NCBI GenBank assembly: GCA_963719515.1
Contig: CAVRCJ010000001.1
Location: 160,001-224,000, forward strand
Source: an uncultured cyanobacterium
Lineage (GTDB): Bacteria > Cyanobacteriota > Cyanobacteriia > CAKZMO01
Direction: 5' to 3'
Length of the DNA: 64,000 nt
Shown one piece after another: positions 27,788-38,417 of the stretch (the stretch's first letter is position 1; each line of letters opens with the position of its first letter). The notes below the pieces were generated by a model that had not been told where the DNA came from, did not search any database, and saw nothing but the letters and a program-made list of their open reading frames with translations. The position numbers and the translations under genes are program-made.

Positions 27788-28366
27788 CTAGCGTGAAGAT
27801 GAAACGCGATACAGGGCCCCCTTGAGCCAGGCCGCATGGCATACTGCGATCGCCGTTGCCCAAGCGACCTGCTTGAGCAGCAGCTGACCCACCACGCCCC
27901 AGCCCATGCTGTGCCCACTCGCCAGCAGCGGAAACGCCAGCAAAATTAGCCCTTGGTACAGCACCACGCTACCCGCCAGCGCGATCGCTCCCCAGGTCCA
28001 ATGCCCTCGCCAGTCTCGCTGTAGGGCGGCGGGGCGGCGGCTAGAGAGGTTGACCGCAAACAGAGCCCCAACGCCCATTACAGCTCCCCAAGCGATCGCC
28101 GTCAGCTCTAGCGGATACCCCCGCAGGGTAAATCCCAGCCCTTGGCTAATGGCCCAGAGCGCCCCTACTAGCCCAAAGGCCCGACGGCGAGGCAGCGTCA
28201 TCCCCGAGACTGCCGCGAAAGCGGGTAGGGGGGCGTGGGCATATATCAGGCTACTGGCGACACCAATGGCTAGCAAAATCATTGGCCACAGACGGCTGTA
28301 GGCGATCGCCTGCCATCCTTTTACAAACAGCGGCGTCCTAACGGATGTATCTCGGCGTGTTGTCAT
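27788..28366 (-). CDS. Hypothetical integral membrane protein
   Basis: 192 aa with about five hydrophobic segments. Confidence 0.7.
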   Translation of the reverse strand: MTTRRDTSVRTPLFVKGWQAIAYSRLWPMILLAIGVASSLIYAHAPLPAFAAVSGMTLPRRRAFGLVGALWAISQGLGFTLRGYPLELTAIAWGAVMGVGALFAVNLSSRRPAALQRDWRGHWTWGAIALAGSVVLYQGLILLAFPLLASGHSMGWGVVGQLLLKQVAWATAIAVCHAAWLKGALYRVSSSR

Positions 28367-28575
28367 AGCAGCAGCCCTCCTTAGTCATATCCTAGTCAAT
28401 TGCCGTTGGGAGCGCATTTTTCATAGGGCATTCATTTTTGCGGTGCTGATGTCCTGTAAAGTTGCCTCTCGGGAAGAGATTGATCTAGATAACGCACCTA
28501 GGACAGGGGCAACGAGCAGAGGCTAGGGCGACAGAGGTTAGCGTTCCTCACTTACAACTTGGGAGACAAACACCG

Positions 28576-29379
28576 ATGAGATTAGCGGGCAAAGTTGCGC
28601 TGGTGACTGGCAGCAGTCAGGGCATTGGTCAGGCGATCGCCATTCGACTGGCGGAAGAGGGCGCGAAGGTGGTGATTAACTATCGCTCCCACCCAGAAGG
28701 GGCCGAAGATACCGTTAAACAAGTGCAGGAAGCGGGGGGAGACTGTCACCCTGCTGCGGGCTACTGCGACAGCGGTGACGGCTATGCCATCCAGGCTGAT
28801 ATGAGCTCAGTAGAAGAGGTGCGGCGGCTGGTGCAGGAGAGCGTCGATCACTACGGTCAGCTGGACATTTTGGTGAATAACGCAGGGGTGGAAAAGCACG
28901 CCCCGTTTTGGGAGGTGACCGAGAAAGACTACGACATGGTCCTCGACGTCAACCTCAAAGGGGCCTTCTTCGCCTCCCAGGCGATGGCCCAGCATCTGAT
29001 GGAAACGAAGCGATCGGGCACCATTATTAACATCAGCTCAGTTCATGAGGAGCTGCCTTTCCCCAACTTTGCGGCCTACTGCGCCAGCAAGGGCGGCATC
29101 AAAATGCTTACCCGCGATTTGGCGGTGGAGCTGGCCCCCTACGACATTCGGGTGAACAACGTCGCGCCAGGAGCGATCGAAACCCCCATCAACACCGATC
29201 TGCTCAATGACCCCGAAAAGCTCAACGCCCTGCTAAAAAACATCCCCCTCAACCGCTTAGGAAAGCCCAAGGATGTTTCTGGTTTAGTGGCCTTCTTGGC
29301 TTCAGAGGATGCAGCCTACATCACCGGCAGCACCTTCTTCACTGATGGCGGGCTAACCTGGAACTATCGGGAGCAGTAG
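28576..29379 (+). CDS. SDR oxidoreductase, glucose 1-dehydrogenase-like
   Basis: TGSSQGIG, NNAG, SSVHE and YCASKGG. Confidence 0.9.
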   Translation: MRLAGKVALVTGSSQGIGQAIAIRLAEEGAKVVINYRSHPEGAEDTVKQVQEAGGDCHPAAGYCDSGDGYAIQADMSSVEEVRRLVQESVDHYGQLDILVNNAGVEKHAPFWEVTEKDYDMVLDVNLKGAFFASQAMAQHLMETKRSGTIINISSVHEELPFPNFAAYCASKGGIKMLTRDLAVELAPYDIRVNNVAPGAIETPINTDLLNDPEKLNALLKNIPLNRLGKPKDVSGLVAFLASEDAAYITGSTFFTDGGLTWNYREQ

Positions 29380-29681
29380 CCCCAGGTTCATGGCGCTACC
29401 GCTAGCTGGGTCGCGCCGCCGCGAATTGAGACCTCGGAATTGCTGTAGTAGAGGCAGCAGTTCTCTTCGGCAATGGCAATAGTCTGCCACAGCTGTAAAA
29501 ACATCACCTCTAGCCCTGCGCAGCGTACGCGGAGCACTGCAAATCATTTCAGGTAGAATGAGTGGGGATTTCGCGCGCTGCGGAGTTTTGAGAGGTCTTA
29601 GGTCCGCTGGCCCCAGCGTTAGCGTCGCTGGCCAGACATCTCGCTAACGGTGCTTACAATCAATCATCCGAGGCTAACCCC

Positions 29682-29891
29682 ATGGAAGAATTTTGGAATA
29701 ATATTCTCCGCTACCCCCGCTACCTGGTCTCGTTTACGCTGGGCGTCCTGTACACCTACGTCAAACCTCTCATTCCGCTTCTCAAACGCCCCATCACGGC
29801 AGTGCCGCTGATCGGCTTTGCGGTAGCGTTTTTGGCTTTTATTTCTTTGACGCTGCAGGCCATGTTGGGGCTCAATGGTGCCTCACCCTAG
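29682..29891 (+). CDS. DUF751-family small membrane protein
   Basis: FWNNILRYPRYLVSFTLG, in the usual cyanobacterial position upstream of rbfA. Confidence 0.8.
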   Translation: MEEFWNNILRYPRYLVSFTLGVLYTYVKPLIPLLKRPITAVPLIGFAVAFLAFISLTLQAMLGLNGASP

Positions 29892-29947
29892 CCTAGCTTT
29901 TGCCGGCGTTCTGGGTTCGTTAGATAGTTTTTAAGAGGAGGGCCATC

Positions 29948-30415
29948 ATGGCCACCAATCGTCGAGTTGCGCGGGTTGCAGAATCGATCAGGCGCGAGGT
30001 CAGCCAGATGCTGTTCTCTGATATTAAAGATGATCGCGTAGGGGCAGGTATGGTGAGCGTGACGAATGTCAACGTCTCTGGCGACCTGCAGCACGCCAAG
30101 GTATTTGTCAGCATCTACGGCACCGACGAGGCCAAAGACCAAACCATGGAGGGGCTCAGAGCTGCGACGGGCTATGTTCGTAGAGAGCTAGGGCGGCGGA
30201 TTCGCCTGCGCCGCACCCCCGAGGTCTTGTTTGTTGAAGACCGAGGGCTGGAAGAGGGCACCCGCATTATTTCGTTGATTAACCAGCTCAGCCGCGATCG
30301 CAAGCCAGATAGTGAGCTAGACGGCGAGCTAGGAGAGGGCGAGCAAGATGCGGCCCAAGATGCGGCCCAAGATGCGGCGCTAGAGGTCGACAGCATTCCC
30401 ACCGCTGAGGACTAG
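29948..30415 (+). CDS. rbfA: Ribosome-binding factor A
   Basis: [22 protein letters not shown] and LRRTPE. Confidence 0.96.
   Translation: MATNRRVARVAESIRREVSQMLFSDIKDDRVGAGMVSVTNVNVSGDLQHAKVFVSIYGTDEAKDQTMEGLRAATGYVRRELGRRIRLRRTPEVLFVEDRGLEEGTRIISLINQLSRDRKPDSELDGELGEGEQDAAQDAAQDAALEVDSIPTAED
30344..30379 (+). repeat. 3 x 12-bp tandem repeat (CAAGATGCGGCC, QDAA) in the rbfA tail
   Basis: Read directly from the sequence. Confidence 0.85.
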
Positions 30416-30420
30416 GGGAC

Positions 30421-31986
30421 GTGCTTTCAGACTGGCGATCGCTTCCTCTCTCTCAGCAGGTGGCCCAGCTGATCGTGGCCCGGGCCTCGGGCCACCTGTT
30501 TGACCACCAAATTGCCTACCCCCATTGGGAGCCGCCCCAAGCGGTGCTGCACCAGTGGGTGAACGAGCTCGGCATCGGCGGCGTGATTTTGTTGGGCGGG
30601 TCGGCTGCTGAGGTAGCCCAACGGTGCGCTCAGCTGCAGCGCTGGGCTCCGCTGCCCCTGCTGCTGGCGGCTGATATCGAGGAGGGGGTCGGGCAGCGAT
30701 TCGCCGGAGCCACCTGGTTTCCGCCGCCCATGGCCATCGGGGCGATCGCCCACAAGAGCCTTGAGCGGGCCAGAGGCTACGCCCGCGCGCTGGGGTCAGT
30801 AACGGCGCAGGAGGCGATGGCTCTAGGGCTCAACTGGGTGCTGGCTCCGGTGGTAGACGTCAACAACAACCTCGACAATCCGGTGATCAACGTGCGGGCC
30901 TTTGGCGATGACCCCGCCACCGCCGCTGCCCTAGCCGTCGCCTTTATTGAAGGCGCTCGTGCCCACCCCGTACTCACCACCGCCAAGCACTTCCCTGGCC
31001 ATGGCGACACCGACGTCGACTCCCACCTAAATCTGCCCACCATCCACCACGACCGCGATCGCCTAGAATCTATCGAGCTGCCTCCTTTCGAAGCGGCGAT
31101 CGCCGCTGGGGTCGACAGCATCATGAGCGCCCACCTCCTCGTTCCTGCGCTAGATCCACAGCGGCCCGCTACTCTCTCGCCCAAAATCTTGACCGGGATG
31201 CTGCGGCAGGACTTGGGCTTTGGCGGCATCATCGTGACCGATGCCCTGGTGATGGGGGCGATCGCCCAAAAATACGGCACGGGGGAAGCGTCGGTGATGG
31301 CCCTTGAGGCGGGGGCAGACGTGCTGATGATGCCCCTGGACCCGGTAGAGGCAGTAGAAGCGGTGTGCAGCGCGGTAGCCTCGGGGCGAATTGCGCCTGA
31401 GCGCATTCACCAGTCGCTGGAGCGGGTTTGGCGTAGCAAAGCGCAGGTTTGTGGCTCTCCTGTTAGCCCCACCTCTAGCCCAATATGGGAGCAGCTCTCT
31501 CAACCTGCCGCCGCCGTCACCGTCGCTCAGATTCTAGAGCAGTCTTTGGAGCGACAGGGCGAGCCGGCTCCCTCAGTGAAGGAGGGCCACAACGTGATTG
31601 TGATCGACGATTGCTTAGCCTGCGACTTCTTAGACCGGCAAGCCCCCGCCGTCACGCAGCCAGCGCAGCAGGGCTACAGCAGGCTACATATCGTAGATGC
31701 TCGCTGTCCCCCGCCGCAGATTCCCGGTGCTGCTCCGGTGCTGCTGCAGCTGTTTGTGCGAGGCAACCCGTTTCGCGGCAGCGCTAAACTCCTAGATGAG
31801 CGCTGGCAAGCCTTAGTCACGCCTTCTCAGCTGCAGGGAATTGCTGTTTATGGAAGTCCCTACAGCTGGCGGCGGGTGCGCAGTTCCCTGCCCAATACGC
31901 TGCCGGGTGTCTTTACCTACGGCCAGATGCCCGCGGCCCAGGCGATCGCTCTAGAGGGTTTGTTCGCTGGGCCTCAGTCTAGCTAG
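30421..31986 (+). CDS. nagZ: GH3 beta-N-acetylhexosaminidase
   Basis: ADIEEG, KHFPGHGDTDVDSH (NagZ motif) and IVTDALVM. Confidence 0.88.
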   Translation: MLSDWRSLPLSQQVAQLIVARASGHLFDHQIAYPHWEPPQAVLHQWVNELGIGGVILLGGSAAEVAQRCAQLQRWAPLPLLLAADIEEGVGQRFAGATWFPPPMAIGAIAHKSLERARGYARALGSVTAQEAMALGLNWVLAPVVDVNNNLDNPVINVRAFGDDPATAAALAVAFIEGARAHPVLTTAKHFPGHGDTDVDSHLNLPTIHHDRDRLESIELPPFEAAIAAGVDSIMSAHLLVPALDPQRPATLSPKILTGMLRQDLGFGGIIVTDALVMGAIAQKYGTGEASVMALEAGADVLMMPLDPVEAVEAVCSAVASGRIAPERIHQSLERVWRSKAQVCGSPVSPTSSPIWEQLSQPAAAVTVAQILEQSLERQGEPAPSVKEGHNVIVIDDCLACDFLDRQAPAVTQPAQQGYSRLHIVDARCPPPQIPGAAPVLLQLFVRGNPFRGSAKLLDERWQALVTPSQLQGIAVYGSPYSWRRVRSSLPNTLPGVFTYGQMPAAQAIALEGLFAGPQSS

Positions 31987-32026
31987 CCTCAATCGACAGA
32001 AAATTACTGCTATTGTCCTGGCTGGC

Positions 32027-32989
32027 CTACTGGGGGGAGCTAACCGCGTAGACGTGGTCCACCTCAGCCTTCTGGCCCGGAACTGCTGCGTAGCAAACCG
32101 TCTCCTTCACGTTGAACGCCTGATCGACCCAAACCTGTGCGACGCGGCTAATCTGCTGCCCCACTAGGGTCACTAGCGAAAAGTGCCGCCGCTGTTTGTC
32201 GCCATCGGTCACGATGCGAGGCACATAGGCTCCGTTGAGATAAATTGTCTCTTGGTCGGTGCGCAGGTGGTCTCGCAGTCGGTCTTCGCGGTGGCGCAGG
32301 TGGTGGTGCATATGGCCAAAAGCGACGAGGGGAACTGTCTTACCCTGCTCCTTGGCGTAGGCGATCGCCCGCTGCAGGTCAGGGTCGCCGTAGTCGCCAC
32401 CGCTGGGTTTCCAGTCGCGCCCGCAGGGGTCTTCGCGGCGATCGCCTAGCCCGGCGGGGCCGCAGTGGCCGATAAAAATAACCGTATTGTGGGTCGCTGC
32501 GTCTACGGCTGCCCGGATGCGCTCGTAGGACTCTTCAAAGTTGCTGACGTCAAACCACTGCTTGTAGAACTTGCGGTGCTTCCATTTCCTGCCGCCCCAG
32601 CTAAAGGGTCGCCCGCCGACCACGGTCAGCCCAAACTGAGGAAAATCGAGCTGACGATAGCCGACGTGGGCGTCGCCGAGTAAATCGAGCTGCTGAGTGA
32701 CTCGGTTTTCCTTATCCATATCGTAGGGGCAGCGCTTGCGTCCCCAGTCCGTGGCGTGGTACCAAGCGTCGTGGTTGCCCATGATAGCGGCTTTGGGCAG
32801 CGGCACTTGGGAAATCTGCCGCACGATGTCTACCGACTCGTTGCCGAAGTCGCCGAGAAAGAGCACCAGGTCAGCGCCCAGATGCTGTAGCGCAGCGCGA
32901 TCGCCGTCATCCCATAGGTCATGGACGTCGCCCACGACGGCGATAGTGATGGATGAATCTGTAGAGGACTGCGGATTGACCTGGCTCAT
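32027..32989 (-). CDS. Calcineurin-like metallophosphoesterase (TIGR04168/DevT-like)
   Basis: GDVH, GDFGNE, GNHD and FGHMHH motifs. Confidence 0.85.
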   Translation of the reverse strand: MSQVNPQSSTDSSITIAVVGDVHDLWDDGDRAALQHLGADLVLFLGDFGNESVDIVRQISQVPLPKAAIMGNHDAWYHATDWGRKRCPYDMDKENRVTQQLDLLGDAHVGYRQLDFPQFGLTVVGGRPFSWGGRKWKHRKFYKQWFDVSNFEESYERIRAAVDAATHNTVIFIGHCGPAGLGDRREDPCGRDWKPSGGDYGDPDLQRAIAYAKEQGKTVPLVAFGHMHHHLRHREDRLRDHLRTDQETIYLNGAYVPRIVTDGDKQRRHFSLVTLVGQQISRVAQVWVDQAFNVKETVCYAAVPGQKAEVDHVYAVSSPQ

Positions 32990-33566
32990 GGTGATCTAGA
33001 CGTTGCGCTGCCACTTCAGCATAGGTCAAGACTAGCTATATTGCCTGTTTCATTGGCCAGATGCGAGCAAGTTGAAAGTAAATTATAAAAACGGGCTTTC
33101 TAGATTTGGCAAATGGCCTGAGAAGTTTTGATCAAGTTCTCCTTAATTTGATAGATAGCGTGTTTTTACTATGCTGTCTCCCTCTCCCAAACCAAAGGCT
33201 TATTTGAAACTTTAGATTATTCGTCCTGTTACTAAAGCAACCACGCTGTTACCTAAGTCTACGGACTGGGAAAGTTATATTCAGAGCCGAAAAGCGCTTT
33301 GAGATTGATTTAGTCAACTTTGAGCTGTCATTAAACTCTTTTGAGGATCGTAGCTTTTATCATACGTATTTTCACTAAAGAGCGCACCGTGTAAATACAG
33401 CTTAAGCCCTAATTCTCGAAGTGCTGGTGGATCAAATCAGGTTTGAGTGACTTGGTTAGATTTCTAGCCATGGATTTATTTTGTCAAATTTTGGGGAAAT
33501 AATTCCCTTTTTGACTTCGCTTTTTTGTAATTCACATCTACTTCCTTTTAGGGGTTAGTTTTTCGT

Positions 33567-36500
33567 ATGCCTATTTTGACGCTTGGTGATGGAAGCACAC
33601 TAGATACTGATGCTCTTACTGCTAGCCTCGCTGCTCTCAGTGGCGAAATCGATATCTTAACGAATGATGTTAGTGGCGCAACGGCTTCCGTTACTACGCT
33701 TACTAATGATGTTTCTACGCTCACTGGTAACGTGGCGACCGCTGATGGAACGATCGCCACGCTGACGACCACTGTCGGTGGCGCAGTCACAACGGTTGAT
33801 GGCCTGCTGGCGGATATCGCTACTGCTGACGGGGCGATCGCTACGCTGACAGGCGATGCGACTGCGGCTGAGGGTACAGTTGCCGGCTTAACGACCACCG
33901 TCGATGGCGCGGTTACCACGGTTAATGGGCTACTGACTGAGCTGACTACCGTGGACGGGGCGGTCACCACCCTAACGAATGATGTGGCGGCGGCGGACGG
34001 TGCAGTAACTGGCCTGACGACTACTGTTAATGGTGCGGTTGCCACTGCAAACGGGCTGCTGACTGAGCTGACGACGATTGATGGCGCGATCGCTGCACTA
34101 TCTGACGATGTCACCGCTACTGACGGCGTGGTGACTACCCTGACGGCTACCGTCGATGGCGCGGTTGCCACGGTCAATGGTTTGCTGACTGAGTTGACGG
34201 CAATTGACGGCACGGTCACCGCGCTGACCGACGACGTAACCGCTGCCGACGGTGCAGTGGCCACTCTAACTACCACAATCGATGGCGTAGCAACCGCAGT
34301 CGATGGTCTATTAACCGACCTCACAGCGGCTGACAACGCTGTGACTGCACTAACGGCCAGCATTGGCACTGCAGTGACCGACGCGACGGCGGCGGTGGAT
34401 GGCCTGACCGCCAGCGTCAATACGGCGGCAGACGGTGCCACCACCACCATCGATACGTTGCTCGCCAATCTGCTCACGAGTGTTGATGGGGCCGTTGCCG
34501 GGGCCACCACGTCTGTTGACGGACTAGCGGCTGGCGTCGAAACTGCGATCGTCGATACGACGGCGGCGGTTGATGGCCTGACGACTAGCGTCGACACCGC
34601 AACGACGGGTGTCACCGCAACTATTGAGGACCTGCTCGCTAATCTAATCACCAGCGTTGATGGTGCCGTCACTGGTGCTACTACTTCTGTCGATGGGCTA
34701 GCGACTGGCATCGACACCGCTGTTACTGACGCCACGACTGCCGTTGATGGTCTGACGACTAGCGTCAACACTGCAGCAACTGGTGCCACCACAACTATTG
34801 AGGACCTGCTCGCCAATCTGCTCACCAGCGTCGATGGTGCTGTTGCCGGAGCTACCGCTTCTGTTGACGGCCTGACTGCCGGTGTCGACACTGCTGTTGC
34901 TGACGCCACGACTGCCGTTGGTGGCCTAACGACTGGCCTCGATACCGCCCTTACTGACGCCAATACCGCGATCGACACCGCCGTTGCCGATGCGACCGCC
35001 TCCGTCGATGGTCTGACTGTCGGTGTCGATACCGCTGTTACCGACGCTACGACTGCCGTTGATGGCCTAACCGCTGGAATTGACACTGCTGTTACCGACG
35101 CTACGACTGCCGTTGATGGCCTGACTGCTGGAATTGACACCGCTGTTACCGACGCCACGACTGCCGTTGATGGCCTAACTGCTGGAATTGACACTGCTGT
35201 TGCTGACGCTACGACTGCCGTTGATGGCCTGACTGCTGGTGTTGATACCGCTGTTGCTGACGCCACGAATGCCGTTGATGGCCTAACGACTGGCCTCGAT
35301 ACCGCCCTTGCTGACGCCAACACCACGATCGACACTGCCGTTGCCGATGCGACCGCCTCTGTCGATGGCCTGACTGCCGGTGTCGATACCGCTGTTACCG
35401 ACGCCACGACTGCCGTCAATGGCCTAGTTACCGACGCCACGACTGCTGTTGACGGCCTAACAACTGGTCTCGATACCGCCCTTGCTGACGCCAACACCAC
35501 GATCGACACTGCCGTTGCCGATGCGACCGCCTCTGTCGATGGCCTGACTGCCGGTGTCGATACCGCTGTTACCGACGCCACGACTGCCGTTGATGGCCTA
35601 ACCGCTGGAATTGACACTGCTGTTGCTGACGCTACGACTGCCGTTGATGGCCTAACAACTGGCCTCGATACCGCCCTTACTGATGCCAACACCGCGATCG
35701 ACGCTGCCGTTGCTGACGCAACCGCTTCTGTCGATGGGCTTGCGACTGGTGTCGACGCGGCTGTTGCCGACGCTACGACTGCTGTTGATGGCCTAACCAC
35801 TGGCCTCGATACCGCCCTTACTGACGCCAACACCGCGATCGACACTGCCGTTGCTGACGCTACGACTGCCGTTGCTGATCTGAGCACCAGCATTGACGAT
35901 GCGGTTACCGGCGCAACCGGCGCAGTTGATGGTCTCAACACTACTGTCACTGACGCAACCGGTGCTGTTGATGCGCTAAACACTAGCGTCACCGCCGCCG
36001 TCACTGGATCGGTCGAGGCCGTTGACGCTCTAAACGCTAGCGTTACTGCCGCAGCTACTGCCTCTACTGACGCTATCAACGGCCTCGACACTGCTGTTAC
36101 CGATGCGGTGGCAGGAGCAACCGGCGCAGTTGATGGGTTCAACACTGCTGTCACTGATGCAACGGGCGCAGTCAACGGTCTCGACACTGCTGTGACTGAC
36201 GCGGTTGCGGGTGCCACTGACGCAGTTAATGGCCTCGATACTGCCGTTACCGATGCCGTTGCCGGTGTCAATGATGCCGTCGCGGGTGCGACTGGTGCAG
36301 TTGATGGGCTGACAACCGGCATTAACGATGCGGCGACTAGTGCCACTGAAACCATTGATGAACTGCTCAACGGACTGCTCAACGGTGTTAACGGCGCGGT
36401 TGATGGTGCTACTGGTGCCGTCGATGGTCTTAATACCGCTGTAGCGGATGCCACTGGTGCCGTTGATGGTCTTGATACCGCTGTGACTGACGCGGTTGCC

Positions 36501-38231
36501 GGTGCAGCTGACGCAGTCAATGGCCTCGACACCGCCGTTACCGATGCCGTTGCGGGCGTCAACGATGCCGTCGCGGGTGCCACTGGCGCAGTCGATGGGC
36601 TCAACCGCCGTCCGTGGACTGGAACAGTAGACGGTCTCAACACTGCTGTAGCGGATGCCACTGACGCAGTTAATGGCCTCGACACTGCTGTGACCAACAC
36701 AGTTACTGGTGCCACTGGTGCCGTTGATGGCCTCAATACTGCTGTTGCAGATGCGCTTACAAATGCCACTGGTGCCGTTAACGGTCTCGATACCGCTGTG
36801 ACCGACGCGGTTGCGGGCGTCAATACTGCCGTTACTGATGCAACGACTGCAGTTGACGGTCTTGATACCGCTGTTACCGACGCAGTTACTGGAGCCACTG
36901 GCGCAGTCGATGGCCTCAACACCGCCGTTGTTGGTACCCTCACAAATGCAACTGGCGCAGTCGACGGTCTCAACACCGCTGTCGATGATGCAGTTACTGG
37001 AGCCACTGGCGCAGTGGATGGCCTCAACACCGCCGTTGTTGGTACCCTCACAAACGCGACTGGCGCAGTCGATGGTCTCAATACCGCTGTCAACGACACC
37101 GTTGCGGGTGCAAATAATGCGTTCAATGAGTTCCTGAACGAGATCACAGGTGCCGCAGACGTGGTGACGGCCGCGAATGCAGCAGCCAATAGTCTCCAAG
37201 CGACTGTCGCGAATGCAGCCAGCACGGTCGATGGCGTCATGGGTGCGGTTGACGGTCTCTCTGAGAGAGTCAGCGGAGTCAACGGTGAAGTCGATGCACT
37301 GTTTGGCAGCGCGGCTACTCAAATTGATAGCTTCCTATCTGAGTTCGAGTTTGCGGTCGACGATGCGATCGCCTCTATAGAATCTCTTTTAGAAGATGCA
37401 ACAGTAGCAGCGGCTGATGGAGGAACCGGCGGCGGAAGTGGCCAAGGTGGCCAAGGTGGCGACCCCATGATAGGGGACAGCCCTACCGACGGCGTACCGG
37501 ATCTAGCCTCAGAGCCCGACGCTGAAGCCCCCGTCACCGACTCGGATCCTCTAGAAACGCTTGAGTTCGGGCGTATGCCAACTAGAGCTAAATTCCTTGA
37601 TGGTGCTGATTTTGCCGACGCAGACAAGGTCGTTGGCAGCAGGGAGCAAGACGCTTTAGCCGGTGGAAACGAAAGTAACTTTTTCTCAGGTATCCGGGGT
37701 GACGACAAAATCTCCGGGGGCGACGGCAATGACCGGATTAAAGGAGGCATGGGTGACGATATCTTGAAGGGTGGTCGCGGTGAAGACCGACTCAACGGCG
37801 CTGAGGATAACGACATCGTTTCCGGTGGTGCAGGCGACGACTTCCTCGCCGGTAATGCTGGGGATGATGAGCTGATTGGCGGTGCGGGCAACGACTTCCT
37901 CGTCGGGGGTGTGGGCGCCGATACCCTAACGGGCGGTTCAGGCAGTGATGCGTTTATCTTTAGGCGGGTAGCTGATGGCGGTGACACCATCACTGACTTC
38001 CAGAGCAGGGACGTCATCAGCATTCGCGATATCTTCGACAGGCAAGCGTTTGCGGCTGATTCACTCCGCAGTCAGTTTGAGCAGTTCATTGAGGTTGAGC
38101 AGATTGGATCTGACACTCGTATCAGCATCGATGCGAACGGCAACGGCGCTGGAGCAAGATTCCAGACTCTGGCAACCTTGACTAATGTCTCAGCGGACTT
38201 GGTCACCTCTTTGAACTTTGTTGTCGACTAG
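33567..38231 (+). CDS. Giant Ala/Thr/Asp/Val-rich repeat protein with RTX repeats and a type I secretion C-terminal domain
   Basis: About 1270 aa of TAVTDATTAVDGL-type repeats, then GGxGxD nonapeptides, DTITDF and IDANGNG...LATL. No signal peptide. Confidence 0.85.
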   Translation: MPILTLGDGSTLDTDALTASLAALSGEIDILTNDVSGATASVTTLTNDVSTLTGNVATADGTIATLTTTVGGAVTTVDGLLADIATADGAIATLTGDATAAEGTVAGLTTTVDGAVTTVNGLLTELTTVDGAVTTLTNDVAAADGAVTGLTTTVNGAVATANGLLTELTTIDGAIAALSDDVTATDGVVTTLTATVDGAVATVNGLLTELTAIDGTVTALTDDVTAADGAVATLTTTIDGVATAVDGLLTDLTAADNAVTALTASIGTAVTDATAAVDGLTASVNTAADGATTTIDTLLANLLTSVDGAVAGATTSVDGLAAGVETAIVDTTAAVDGLTTSVDTATTGVTATIEDLLANLITSVDGAVTGATTSVDGLATGIDTAVTDATTAVDGLTTSVNTAATGATTTIEDLLANLLTSVDGAVAGATASVDGLTAGVDTAVADATTAVGGLTTGLDTALTDANTAIDTAVADATASVDGLTVGVDTAVTDATTAVDGLTAGIDTAVTDATTAVDGLTAGIDTAVTDATTAVDGLTAGIDTAVADATTAVDGLTAGVDTAVADATNAVDGLTTGLDTALADANTTIDTAVADATASVDGLTAGVDTAVTDATTAVNGLVTDATTAVDGLTTGLDTALADANTTIDTAVADATASVDGLTAGVDTAVTDATTAVDGLTAGIDTAVADATTAVDGLTTGLDTALTDANTAIDAAVADATASVDGLATGVDAAVADATTAVDGLTTGLDTALTDANTAIDTAVADATTAVADLSTSIDDAVTGATGAVDGLNTTVTDATGAVDALNTSVTAAVTGSVEAVDALNASVTAAATASTDAINGLDTAVTDAVAGATGAVDGFNTAVTDATGAVNGLDTAVTDAVAGATDAVNGLDTAVTDAVAGVNDAVAGATGAVDGLTTGINDAATSATETIDELLNGLLNGVNGAVDGATGAVDGLNTAVADATGAVDGLDTAVTDAVAGAADAVNGLDTAVTDAVAGVNDAVAGATGAVDGLNRRPWTGTVDGLNTAVADATDAVNGLDTAVTNTVTGATGAVDGLNTAVADALTNATGAVNGLDTAVTDAVAGVNTAVTDATTAVDGLDTAVTDAVTGATGAVDGLNTAVVGTLTNATGAVDGLNTAVDDAVTGATGAVDGLNTAVVGTLTNATGAVDGLNTAVNDTVAGANNAFNEFLNEITGAADVVTAANAAANSLQATVANAASTVDGVMGAVDGLSERVSGVNGEVDALFGSAATQIDSFLSEFEFAVDDAIASIESLLEDATVAAADGGTGGGSGQGGQGGDPMIGDSPTDGVPDLASEPDAEAPVTDSDPLETLEFGRMPTRAKFLDGADFADADKVVGSREQDALAGGNESNFFSGIRGDDKISGGDGNDRIKGGMGDDILKGGRGEDRLNGAEDNDIVSGGAGDDFLAGNAGDDELIGGAGNDFLVGGVGADTLTGGSGSDAFIFRRVADGGDTITDFQSRDVISIRDIFDRQAFAADSLRSQFEQFIEVEQIGSDTRISIDANGNGAGARFQTLATLTNVSADLVTSLNFVVD

Positions 38232-38234
38232 ATA

Positions 38235-38267
38235 TAGCAAATGTCCTAAGCACTAGGATATTTGCTA
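38235..38267. terminator. Stem-loop immediately after the RTX gene stop
   Basis: TAGCAAATGTCCTA / TAGGATATTTGCTA inverted repeat. Confidence 0.55.
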
Positions 38268-38353
38268 GCCGCATTGCCATGCGATGTAGAGGTTTAGGCC
38301 CACGACATTGTCTTAAGCGATGCGGCCAGAGCTATAAGAGCAGCGGTAATTGT

Positions 38354-38384
38354 GGGCGTCGGGGCTTTAACCCGACGCCCTTTT
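38354..38384 (+). terminator. Rho-independent terminator between the convergent RTX gene and tamB
   Basis: GGGCGTCGGG/CCCGACGCCC stem followed by TTTT. Confidence 0.75.
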
Positions 38385-38417
38385 GTTGCGGCGTAGAGAA
38401 AACTAAAGCAAAGAAAA

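Noticed and set aside
34800..37100. Possible CRISPR array
   Set aside because: The repeats are degenerate in-frame coding units without unique spacers, and there are no cas genes in the window.
33548..37282. 1244-aa antisense ORF (and the 430-aa ORF at 36030-37322)
   Set aside because: These are shadows of the low-complexity repeat gene, whose restricted codons rarely produce antisense stops. The plus strand carries the RTX tail.
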